Part shown: positions 48,384 through 64,000 of the stretch, in pieces | Numbering within the stretch: position 1 is the stretch's first letter | Layout: the number at the start of each line of letters is the position of its first letter | Source of the DNA: Paraspadella gotoi | Lineage: Eukaryota > Animalia > Chaetognatha | DNA length: 64,000 nucleotides | Direction: 5' to 3' | Assembly (NCBI GenBank): GCA_051294375.1 | Contig: CM119266.1 | Location: forward strand, 12,762,081-12,826,080 | Position numbers and translations under genes: made by a program | The notes under the pieces: generated by a model | The model's input: the letters and a program-made list of their open reading frames with translations, nothing else | Database searches by the model: none | Told to the model about the DNA's origin: nothing

Positions 48384-48895
48384 TTTTGTATAATTGAAAA
48401 GTGAATGAACATAATCTGGACAAAATGGTAAAATAACGATAACCTATTCAAGCGTTCTGGGATAAAATCTTTTTCTTTATAATAACGTCAAACTTTAACA
48501 GAAGGGGAGTTGGAAGACGCGACAAAATGAGTAATTTTTTGGTAAATATTGAAAAAAATGTTTTTCAAAGTTAGTCGCCAGGAGAGATGTTAGACTGACT
48601 TTAGGTTTAGCTAAAAACGAGCGCGAAAACACAATCTACTACATCTAAAAACCGTAAAAACACAACCCAAGAAGGTAGAATGTATTTTATTCATAAGCAT
48701 TATGCAAAAATGCAACTAAGGGGACGCGCCTCTCGGTCATGCGTCGGCATCTCAATCGCGTAAATAAAAAAAAATTACAGGGAAGTTTAAAGATTAAAAA
48801 TGCAAATAAAAAAGTAGTAAGGCACAGTTCACATAAGTATTAATACAGTTTTTTTTTGTGTGTGTGTTTTTTGTGTTTTTTTTTGAGCGAAGAGA

Positions 48896-50683
48896 TCAAA
48901 TGTTCCCCTCGTCGAGAAGACGGTTAAGATCAGAAACGATGGCGTCGGCGAAAGGCTTGAAAACAGCAGCGTCGTCGCCGCTTCGTTTGAATATCCGATC
49001 CCATAATTCGCCATCCAAGAACTATAGAACAAGTTTGAGCAAACCATGTCGGATCTGCCTAAGATAATTATGCTAATCCGATGGTAAACCACGATAATTT
49101 TTTCTGACTTTCAATATGTTATCGTAACATCCAAAATCTATAAATCTATAAATCAATTGATTTATCAATCATTACCAGTTGCTGAGCCAATACCAATTAA
49201 ATAAGTAGGTAATTTTGCCAAATTTGGTCAATTTGCATAATTTGGTCAACTTGCATAATTTGGTCAACTTGAATTATTTAGTCAACTGACATAATTCAGT
49301 CAGTTGGTATAATTTGGTCAACATGCATGATTTGGTCAACTGGCATAATTTGGTCAACTGGCATAATTTGCTCAACTGAATAGTTGGATCTAATGGAATA
49401 ATTTGGTCAACAGGTATAATTTGGTCAATCAATTCATCAATCAATTAATTAATAAATAAATAAATCAGAGATATAGAGAAACTTTTAAAAATTCAAATAA
49501 ATGTGTCTTTTGGTTTTAAAATTTAAACTCATTCCCGCCTGCACAATTCCATCAAAACTTTATATTCAGCTCAATCACATACTTTCCTACCTACATACAA
49601 AATTTAATTTCAATTTATCTATCCAATTTTTTAAAAAATATAATAATTATGAGTAAATGTAAGTAAATATGACTCGTGACTCATTTCCACTCGCACGATT
49701 CCATCAAAACTTTATATCCACACTTTGCTACCCACACACAAAATTTCAATCCAATCATCCAATCACGAATAATTGGAATTTAATGCTAAGGTGGGACGGA
49801 CGGACGGACAGACAGATGGACGGACATAATTTTTTTTGCATAATTTATTATAATTCGATGTTCAGACATGATATAAGTGAATTCCCGACAAGATTGAGGG
49901 GGCGGACCGATGGACCAACAAAGTGGATTATAGAGTCGGGATCTGCTGATAAGCAGATCCGACTAAAAATTAATTTGCCGAAAAGTAAAACCATGTTGTT
50001 ACAGCAAGGCGAGTATTTGGTATCATTATTTAAGACCTGTGTGAAGACATGGTCGATTCTCTGACCGCTTTTGTCTGTAAGATGCCGTTCGACGAGTTTG
50101 TGGACGATAGCTGATAGTTCCCTGATTGACTGTATCACCAAAATAGATATTTAACGTCTATGTATTTAAGTATTACCTTTGGTAACGTCACGACAATGAC
50201 TGGAAAAAAAGCTACCTGAAGGAGAAAAGTTTTGTCGCTGGTGAAATCCACCTCGTAAAAAGAAACGATCGTCATCGCCGTCGTTCGGAATTTCTTCCTA
50301 AAATCGTCCGCGAGTTTCAGTTCCTCTTTCGAAAATTGATCGTTACTGCAGTGGAAGAAAAAATAAAACTCAAAAAGAAGTCGGAATCAAACGGAAATAA
50401 AATTTTATAAATAAATTAGTCAATAACAATTATTCCCCAATTAACATTACCGATAAAGAATTCCAATTTTGATGATGATCTTGATGATGTTCTTGACGAC
50501 CTTTTCAGACTCTTTCTTGTTCCCTGTGTGAGCCTTTAAGAGACCGTAGAGATTGTCCAACAATCTGCCGCTCGTTTCGTCGATGAAAACTTTCGCAATG
50601 GACTTGGTCGACATTTTAGAGAGGATCTTTTTTTGAGCTTTCAACCCGACGCTAGTCGAACTAAAATTTGTTCCCTCCGCCAT
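48896..50683 (-). CDS. TNFAIP8: TNFAIP8/TIPE family protein
   Basis: [66 protein letters not shown]; ends [10 protein letters not shown]; 4 exons. Confidence 0.93.
49028..49966 (-). mobile_element. HINE/DINE-1-like element, copy 2, with ~20-bp tandem repeat (ATAATTTGGTCAACTGGC)
   Basis: Same termini as 32250-34207, plus a GGAC/GTCC microsatellite. Confidence 0.8.
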
Positions 50684-51155
50684 TTTTGTCCAAAATTTTT
50701 GACGACTTCGGCAACAACAAGGAATTTAACCAGAAAAAAAGTTTTTTTGTGCAATTCAGAATGTTAAAACCTCATGTTTTCTAAGTCATGAAATCATATA
50801 AATTAAGGTGAACGAGAAAAGGCACAGTTTCTTGTAGCCTGGAAAGATCAAGTAAGTGAAAAAAAAATTCAATAACCATAATAATGCGGAAAGCGGTAAA
50901 TAAAAGACCAGTTTTTAATATAGCTTACTACATGCTGAAATGACTAGTTGAAACCCGGACGCCATACGCGATTTCGCGAGGTGTTTACAGCGATTCAGAA
51001 AAAAAATATTTTCGGCAAATTAATTATATATCACTCTGACGCTTAAACCATTCGCACTATTCACCAAATGGAAGAACCACGAAAACAATAGATAAATAAA
51101 GGCCGTGAGAGAAGTTGACCGTTCATCCAAGGTCGTCAGCGTCGACGGATTCGTC

Positions 51156-55982
<4,827 letters not shown>

Positions 55983-56337
55983 GGCCACCGATTAATTATT
56001 ATTGAGAACCCCCCGAGTTACATTGTGTCTCAAACACTGAGAAAAATTGTTTTGAAATAGTATATAGAAATATTTGTTTTTGCATAGATCTACCAGAAAA
56101 AAAATTAATTCGGGACAGTTGAGTGCGAGATTTATAAAACTGATTTGTCGTCGTCATTCGACTCGGTTAAATATCACAGATGGAAACTCCATACTTCTCG
56201 TGATTAAATCGTGACGAATATTTCATATCCGTTTCATTAAAAAAGGGTAATAAATTAGTAACAAGAATTGAGATTTTTAGTGGTTCCGTAGTCGGAAACC
56301 TTTAAAGCATAAGGGAACGAAACATCGGGAAAAAAAT

Positions 56338-57693
56338 TCACCAATACGACGCAAATAAATAGTTGATTAACGCAATGAGAGTTAAATGACTCAATACCAC
56401 ATAGTTCGATCTCAATAAGATCGAATTGTTCCAGGAGATGTGGTCCTCTTGAAGTTTCGAAATCTGAAATAAACAAATTTGTGGAATTTAAGCTAGTATG
56501 GTTATTGGTTTTAAAACAATAATAAAACATCTCACTTGAGATTAAATAAAACAAAATCGGTTCATCCAATGCGTTGCGCCGCAGTGACTCTATTTTCACA
56601 TGTATTTCACGTGACATGACTTGACATGAATACAATAACTTTTTTAGCTTGTGTATTTATAACAGAATTCCGTCTTTTATTCTTTAGTTTTAGGATTTCC
56701 TGAAGGCGATGCAAGCAGTCGCTATGAACAACTATAAGTAAATTATATGGACAGACTGACGGACAGACATACCGACCGACCGACAAGTGACTTATAGAGT
56801 TGCTCCATCATTTCTGTACCTTCTTGTAAATTATTTGAAATTTTCTTTCCAATTTTTGAAAATCGTGTGTGATATTTTGCTTAGCTTCAATGATTTCTTT
56901 TGTTAAACTCCCGGCAATGGCGTTCGAATGCCTCGAGTAAATCTTAGAAAGACGATCTTGTAAAATCCTGTTCGACAGGTAAATTAAAATTTTATTTATA
57001 AATAAGTTTAAATTATGTAGTTCAAAGAGTATATAAACGATCAACAAACCTATGATCGGCTTTAGCTTGTTCTTTGGCCAATTGAATTTCACCCAATATA
57101 TTTACAGTCAATGCCTATGGTATACAAAAATGACCATTACTAGGTTTTGTTTAAATTAATTAGACCTTAAATTAAAAAGGCTTGCCTCAGAATGAGGGAC
57201 CGACAAATTGCAGACTGGATTCTCTTTTTTGGCGAATAATACCACCAATAAGGACACGATGATGAAAAATAATACCAATACTGAAAAAAATAAATTTCTT
57301 GAAAATCACTTATTTATCACTCTAAAATTTAAATAAACCTTTGTCGTAACTAACTTGCGATTCCACCCAAAGTGACGACTCTTTTCATGAAATTGTACCG
57401 TTTGCGAGTCTCTTCGGAGGGTTCTCCGCCCCGCATCAAGAGAGCCAACTCTGGTAGGGACACTCCGGTCTCCCGAGAATCCGGTACCCGATGCCGAACA
57501 TCCTACCCGCGAAAAAACACTAAGTTAATAAGTCCCGACTCGGAATTCAATGAAAACTTCTTGATCGTACTCCTACGAATGTATCGTTGGCGTTGCTCGA
57601 ATACGGCGGTGGACCGTCGGGCGGAGGCCCGAAGGAGACATCCGGTGAATGAAAAGAAGGCGCCGAAGGGGAAAGGTCCGTTCGCTCGTCCAT
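56338..57693 (-). CDS. Uncharacterised 232-aa type II membrane coiled-coil protein with a C-terminal hydrophobic (GPI-like) tail; tetherin-like topology
   Basis: Six exons in phase: 57693-57577, 57502-57355, 57280-57186, 57114-57050, 56967-56820, 56463-56338 (intron 3 is GC-AG). The ORF is stop-free, with a TM segment VVTLGGIAILVLFFIIVSLLVVLFA. Confidence 0.75.
56540..56805 (-). mobile_element. Possible second HINE-like remnant in intron 5 of the tetherin-like gene
   Basis: GGACAGAC/CCGAC microsatellite followed by GTGACTTATAGAGTTGC; termini not defined. Confidence 0.35.
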
Positions 57694-60193
57694 ATCTCGG
57701 AACGAAGCCCCCAATTTGGAGAGGAATTAGTTTCCCATCTTATTTACAATTGAACGTTTTTTGTTTTTGTTTTTTTTTTCAGCTTTTAAAATCGGGAAAA
57801 AAAGAGGGCTAAGTTAAATGTACATAGTAAAATCACCATGCATTCGTTCATAACTTTTTCGTTTAAAACAAACCGATGGTGAATACAAAAAGAGGCATGC
57901 CCCGTCGGACTAAATATATTTTACTTGGGTCTGAAACCCTGAAATTCTTTTAGCGAGGGTTTTAAAAAACGTCAGGACATCGATCATGAAAACCAAGTTT
58001 AGTTTAAATGAATATTAGGAAGTGCATCAATATACCTAGCTTTTCACCGGTTAAAATTTAATTGTTTATTGTTACCGAAATTGATATCTGACCTTAACTT
58101 AAGAATATTGAGAAAATAATTCCTGTCTTGGATGGCATTTTCGGAATTATAATAAGTTAACATTTCTTAGTCAAGAAAATTTTCATTAATAGCTCAATTT
58201 ATGACTTTAGTAAATTCAAATTGTTTTATTACTAGCTGCTTCCTTTGCTCTACAACTTTTATTGACCCAAAAAAATCTTATATACTTTGAAGTAGGTACG
58301 ATAGAGATAAATCTCAACATCGAGACATCCACATCAAAATTTAAAATGTATTGATATTTATTAAATATAAAAATGTTAATAAGTTTTTTTAAAAAAAATA
58401 TACCTAAAACGTTTACAAATAATTTCGTAATGTTATTCAACATGCAAGCTCCTAGTTTCTAACGTACTTGTAGTATTAGGAACATAAAACATAAATATCT
58501 ATCAGATTAAGTCCCAAATAATTACGATATATCTCGACAAAAAATTCGTTTACTGCTACCAATATATGTTTATAATTAACAAAAATACCTATATGAATCA
58601 GTTCTTGTTTAAAGCATAATTTAGTCAAAACAATTTAGCACGCTCATAATAATTAACGATGCATAAAATAAAAAAAATTAAAAAAACATCGCATAACATA
58701 AAAATTTGCGTCACACGATTAACAAGTTTTAATGGCGATTAAAAAAAAAGAATTAAAAATAATCTTAGTAATAACTGAAAAGTAGCAGCAGCCTTATGCA
58801 AATTTAGTCACTTTCATCTCAAGGCAAAAATATATATGGTAGAAAGCAAGTGCAGAGAAAACTGAATGTACCGCAATCTTAAAAAACTATAAAAGAAAAA
58901 ATTAACATGGGAGTGCTTGTATACTTAAAATATTTCTTTAAAAAAAAGAAGCCTTGTGTTATTAAAAGCGCATTTTTACTAAAATTTTAATATTTAAGAC
59001 TTCATTACGCTTCCACAAAGATTCACTAAACAATTTTCTTTGATTTTATTCAAATTTAACAAATTGTTAGCGAATAAAAGGGACACGATATAACAACTTT
59101 GGTGGAACAGGAAAACACACTAACACGAAGGATAATAATAAATATTTTTTAAGCATCGGAGCACAAGATGATTTAGGTTTTCAAATGAATAATGATTCGT
59201 CGATCATTAAGCAAAATCAGATGCATATTCGAAACATAACTTTTGCGCAGCAAAAGACGTTTAAAAAAAAAATTAATTTCCGTGTAAAAACCTAACTTCG
59301 TTATTGATCAGAAAACGAAAACACCAACTGGCCTGCACGCAGCCCAATTTTGACGTGATAGCGAACAGACTAGGGCCGCTTCTGATTGTCGGCTTTTAAG
59401 GCAGATCGGTTTATTTATTTATGCCCGCTGATAAGCCGGCGATAGCGAGAATCGACGGAGCTGGATGTCTTGAAAGAGGGATTTTGCTTCGATTTGCATC
59501 TGTTTTCTTTAAGATCGACATAACGCGCTTCTGCGAAAAAAAAATCGTGCGCATCTACAAACAAAGCGCGAGGCGAAAATATTTCGACAACTGGAGATTT
59601 TGAAGAAAACTTTGAACATTAATTGAACGAAAATTAGGAATCAATTGTGGGTGAAAACTAGTTCGAGCGGGAATTCTGGCTTGGAAAGAGAATGGGTAGG
59701 CGACAAGTCGCGACGAAAGAAAAGTAACCGTTGCGAATTGTGCGATCATTTTATGCATTGGAAAAAAACGGGGGGGGGGGAAATGTGTGTCTGTTTTGAT
59801 CTTGGGAAGGGAGGGGGAAGTCATTTGGTGTCAGAAAATATTATTTTTTCGATGGTATGCTCTAGCAAGAGGTTTTTCTGTGTTAAAATACGATGACACC
59901 TACAACCGCAATTATGGAGGATAAATAATTTAAATGTATTCTTTTTTAAATATTATTTATTTACTTTTATTTGGTTTTGTCACAAATTTGTGCGTCTTTT
60001 AAAATTAAATTCTTTTCGGCGTAGATGGCGGAGATGGTTCGGATGGCGGATATTGGAAAGAAGTTGTTACGAAAACTTCAATCACGAAGACTTATTTTCA
60101 TTTGAGAAAGGGAAGACGGAAAATGCTGAGTGCGAAAGAGAGATAGCAACTAGCAGAGAGGGAGAGATGCGGGAAAAGCTGGTGGATTTTTTT

Positions 60194-63100
60194 TTAAATG
60201 AAGGTTTCCGCTCGCGGAGGAACGACGGTGTCCACGGAAGGCGATGATGGAGGCGACGATTCGATGTCATCCTTATCGTCCATCAACATGTTGGCGTAAG
60301 CGCCGCCGCTTTTCAAGTCAAAGTTGGAGTAAGTCTCAAATGTGTCCAAAAAGGTTTGCGCAATCTCGTAGCAGAAGTTGTATCTAAAAAAAAAAAAAGA
60401 CGAAAGGTAGTCGAAAACATACAACTAAACAAAAAACCACTCCCGCAAACAAACAACTCGGTACTCACTGATCGAGATTTTCGACGAAGCCCCCCCTGGA
60501 CAGCCTTATGCTCCTGACGGCGTGAAAAACGTCGACGCCCTGTTCGGTCTTGATCTTGTCGACGACGAAAGAGGCTGCGCAGTAGAGTCCCGTCCGAGTC
60601 TGGCCGTTGAGGCAGTGAGAGAGGATCGGGCCGCCGCCGGCCTGCAATTGCCAACGCTCCACGTGGTGAAGCAAATCGACGAATACCACGGGGGACGAAG
60701 GAAGGGCCTGCGTTTCCGGCCACCCGTTTACTTGGAACTGCCGGATCATTCGATGACTCTGACGAAGAGAAGGAGCCACCTGGAAATAAATCAGGATTGG
60801 AGCGACAAATTTAGTGATTGGACTTGGAAAATGGTAAGTTGAAACGAAAAAAAACCACCCTAACTAACCTGGTCGTCGGGAAGACCCAGTCGGAATGTTC
60901 GTGTAGTTAAATTTCCATTCGTTTCCTCGGCGAGCAGCTCTACTTCAAACTAAAGAAGTAAAGAAACATTCAGCCTTCAGATTTTAGTTTCAGAGATCAA
61001 AAGGGATCAATGGGACGAAGAAAAACCTGATGAAACGGCATCGGGTGACCCTTGATCGTCGGCCAATAGATGCCATTATTGTTGGTTTCCTGGGAGAGAG
61101 ATGGTTCGCTGAGCGACAGAGAAACGTCGTTGAGCATAACAATAGAGGAAACATGGTGATCCCACACCAAGCACCAAAAATCGCTGAAAGAAGAACAAAA
61201 CGGTTCATTTTAATCAATTTTTATATGCAAGTAGCTACTGTGTAACATATTATTTAGTAAAGCATAAATTAAGCTTACTTGATGGTGTTTGGTAGAGGCA
61301 TTTGAGTGGCGATAAAACCGTGCTTGTTTTGGTAACCGGTGACGAAAACTGGAAAAAGAACTTGTCATTAGAATGAGGAAAAAAAGGAAGCTGTACTTTA
61401 AAAAAACAACACTGACCAGCGTTGATGTAGTTGTTGACGCCGTCGGCGGTTGTTGTGAGGAGGTATGGTCGATACCGATCAGACGGAAGAATATCCTGGT
61501 AACGATTCTTCGAGCGATTGGCGGGTTCTTTCCCGTCGTGGAATTCGCTTTCGCTAAGTGTAAATTCGGTGAGATAAAGATTACAATCATTTTACAATGT
61601 AAATACATACATAGTATGTAATACATACAGCAAGATAACTTCTGAAGAAGCGATCACTCTAACATTTACCTATGCACGGGGGAGACTTCGTTCAGCGTTT
61701 CAAATTGTTCGAGAATCTTCGTTTTGCCGCTTGAAATAGTCTCCTCGCATAGCTAAATAAAATATAAGAGAATTCAAAACTATTTATAAATCTTTTACAT
61801 AAAGTAAATGATAAACTCATAACTGGCAACCAAAATTTAATTTTAGCGACATTGACGTTTATGTTACATATAAACGCCGTATACAATATGTAAATGAGAT
61901 TGATAAATTCAATCTCATTTAAGATCATATTAAATAATCATCTCTTACAGAACGAGCTGGAGAGTGAAGACAATTTCCTACCTGCTGATGATACTTGGTA
62001 AAATCCACCACAGGAATAAAAGTTTCGCCGCAGAGCAACGCGTCGTTGACAGCGCTATGTAGAAAGACGTACTGCTCTTTTGTTTGGACCATGTTGATAC
62101 GCTGTTCGCGAAGACTGTTTACCACGCCCAACATGTCGACGTATCCCGTTTGAAAAGCCTGCATTCCGGGTGATATTATCGAAATAAACTTACTATTAAG
62201 AAAAGAGAGAATTGTGGCGGTATATTCACACTGCCTCACGTCCACCATCCGTCAGCCAAATCCATTGGCTCAGAGGGGGAACACACCATCCCAGGCGTAG
62301 TGTTCCATCCACAGTCCTAACGACTTCCCTCTGCGTTGGCAAAGCGAGACCGTCCTAGGGTAACCGCGCCAGTGACTGGAGGCGTCACTGAGGGTCGGAA
62401 GCCCCCAAAGCCAACAGTGAGATGCCCCATCCCAATGGGCATCACAGGCAACCCGGCTGTTGCCATAGAATCATCATTATTTACCTGCTTTAAAAGAATG
62501 TCAAGCGAGATGAAAGTTCCGGTCCGACCGACGCCGGCCGAACAGTGGACTACAGTCGTATGAGCGCCATCGTTCGGCGGAGTAAATTCCATAACTCGAC
62601 GATAGTAAGCGAGGAGTGCTGCAAGAATTGACGAAATTAACACAAAAGAAATTAAAAACCATACATACCTAAATTGAATAAAATAAAACGTCCTACAAAC
62701 CTGTGGGGAAGGTAGGGGTGCCATGGTCCGGCCATGACGTGAAGTGGAACTGCTTAATTTCTCGACTTTGGTGATTTTTGGCGTTGGTAACGAGAAAAGT
62801 TCGAACAGTGTAGTCCGCCAACTTGTCTGATGAGACCATTTTGACGTGGATGCTCCCGTAGAGACAGCTGCAATCACAAAATTGGTTCATCAATAATATT
62901 TATTCCACATCACACGTTTTTTACTTTTTAACAATTACCTATCCTCTGGCCAGTAGAGGTTGCACTTTGGTTTTCCGTTCTCGACGAGATTTGTAACCAT
63001 AACGATTCTGACGGCGCCGACTTGCCAGCACATTCGCCAAAAGTCGTTGATGGTAAACTTGTTGGGACCTTGCGTTGCGATCCACTCCCGGGGGCGATCG

Positions 63101-64000
63101 TAGCCGTTGATCCACGAAGCGTTTATGTAGTCGGTTGCCGAAGGATCCTCTTGATCCTCCATATCCAACTTGACGCGACTGTGATCGTAGGGGATCATGT
63201 CTCGGAATCTGGAAGGCAATGTAGCCAAAGTGTCAGAACTCAATAGAAAATATAATTGCATTTCGCATTAACGGTTGAAGCAACCTGTTCTTGGTTCTAT
63301 GCTCCGGTTTCTTGGCAGCTTCCCACGGATGTAACTGTCCTTTGGGCAACATGTTGTACTCGTTTTCGAAGTAATCCAGGTGAAGCTGCTTCGATTTTAC
63401 GTATTCGGCAAGATCCGTGATACGAATGGGGTTTGTTTTCGGGGCGACGGCGTGATCTATGGATCGAAAGAAAACTCACGCGAACTAACGAATGCATTTT
63501 CCAAACTGTCTCCGGCGAAACTTACCTTGCATGACGACCTGCACGTGCGGTGACTTGTTAGAGTTGCTGGCGTCGAGGCTTGACACGCCCATCTTGGACT
63601 GGCGGGCGCGAGGCTTCGGCGGCACGGCGTTCGTGGGCTTCCCTTCGTGGGCAACAGCGCCTCCATGCACGGGGGGAGGAGGAGGACAACGCATGGCGGA
63701 AGAGGGCGGCGAGACGGGCGTCGAGTTGGAGAGGAGGGGCTGCGAGAAAGAGAGAAATATCTTTAGTATGATACATTCCTATACAATATCGAGATCAATT
63801 CACCTTCGACGTCCCCACCTGCTGCGCGTCGACCTCGACGACGCTCTGTCCGGAGATGACAGCGCCGTTCGTATCGGTCGGCGGAAAAGCGGGCGGGGAG
63901 GGGGAAGATGAAGAGGTGGTGGAGGATCCAGGATAGAGAAGGTCGACTCGAACGGAACAACGGGGAGGCGGCGCGATGATCCCGTCGCCCACCGTCACCA
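60194..64000 (-). CDS. Receptor-type protein tyrosine phosphatase, tandem D1+D2 (partial; 5' part outside the window)
   Basis: D1: [39 protein letters not shown]2: [10 protein letters not shown], resembling R2B-type D2 domains. Confidence 0.92.
62213..62467 (+). mobile_element. Solo LTR of the TRIM family in a PTP intron
   Basis: TGTGGCGG...GTTGCCATA with 4-bp TSD GAAT; near-identical to 40489-40741. Confidence 0.85.

Noticed and set aside
49210-49430. Regulatory or CRISPR-like 20-bp array
   Set aside because: Tandem repeat internal to a HINE element.
57372-57812. 146-aa plus-strand ORF
   Set aside because: Antisense to exons 1-2 of the better-supported minus-strand tetherin-like gene.
57700-58200. 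kB or ISRE sites upstream of the tetherin-like gene
   Set aside because: Only partial matches (e.g. AGTTTCCC), not distinguishable from background.

Overview
Eukaryotic, almost certainly animal (invertebrate-type) genomic DNA: short GT-AG introns, GC-richer exons and very AT-rich spacers. The ORF track splits the spliced genes, so I assembled the models by hand. Thirteen protein-coding genes are supportable and all lie on the minus strand. In transcription order they are: a receptor tyrosine phosphatase (3' part only), an unannotated 232-aa protein with tetherin/BST2-like topology, HECTD3, TNFAIP8, EXOC7, AGFG1, an orphan, an IkB with kB sites in its promoter, SLF2-like, DDRGK1, a truncated BABAM2-like gene, MOV10L1 and an S/P-rich orphan. 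The last five are very tightly packed, with a splice acceptor in every spacer (operon-like). The 17.3-37.5 kb interval is a nested transposon block: hAT/hATm elements with 8-bp TSDs, a Tc1/mariner MITE, Helentron-type HINEs, Penelope-type palindromes with minimal hammerhead ribozymes, a SINE and an LTR with an extended PBS. Introns carry miniature LTR elements (TRIMs) with tRNA-like LTRs. Top candidates: the tetherin-like gene, the co-directional/operon-like organisation, the TRIMs with extended tRNA-complementary tracts, and the hammerhead palindrome family. All family assignments come from motif recognition, not database searches.
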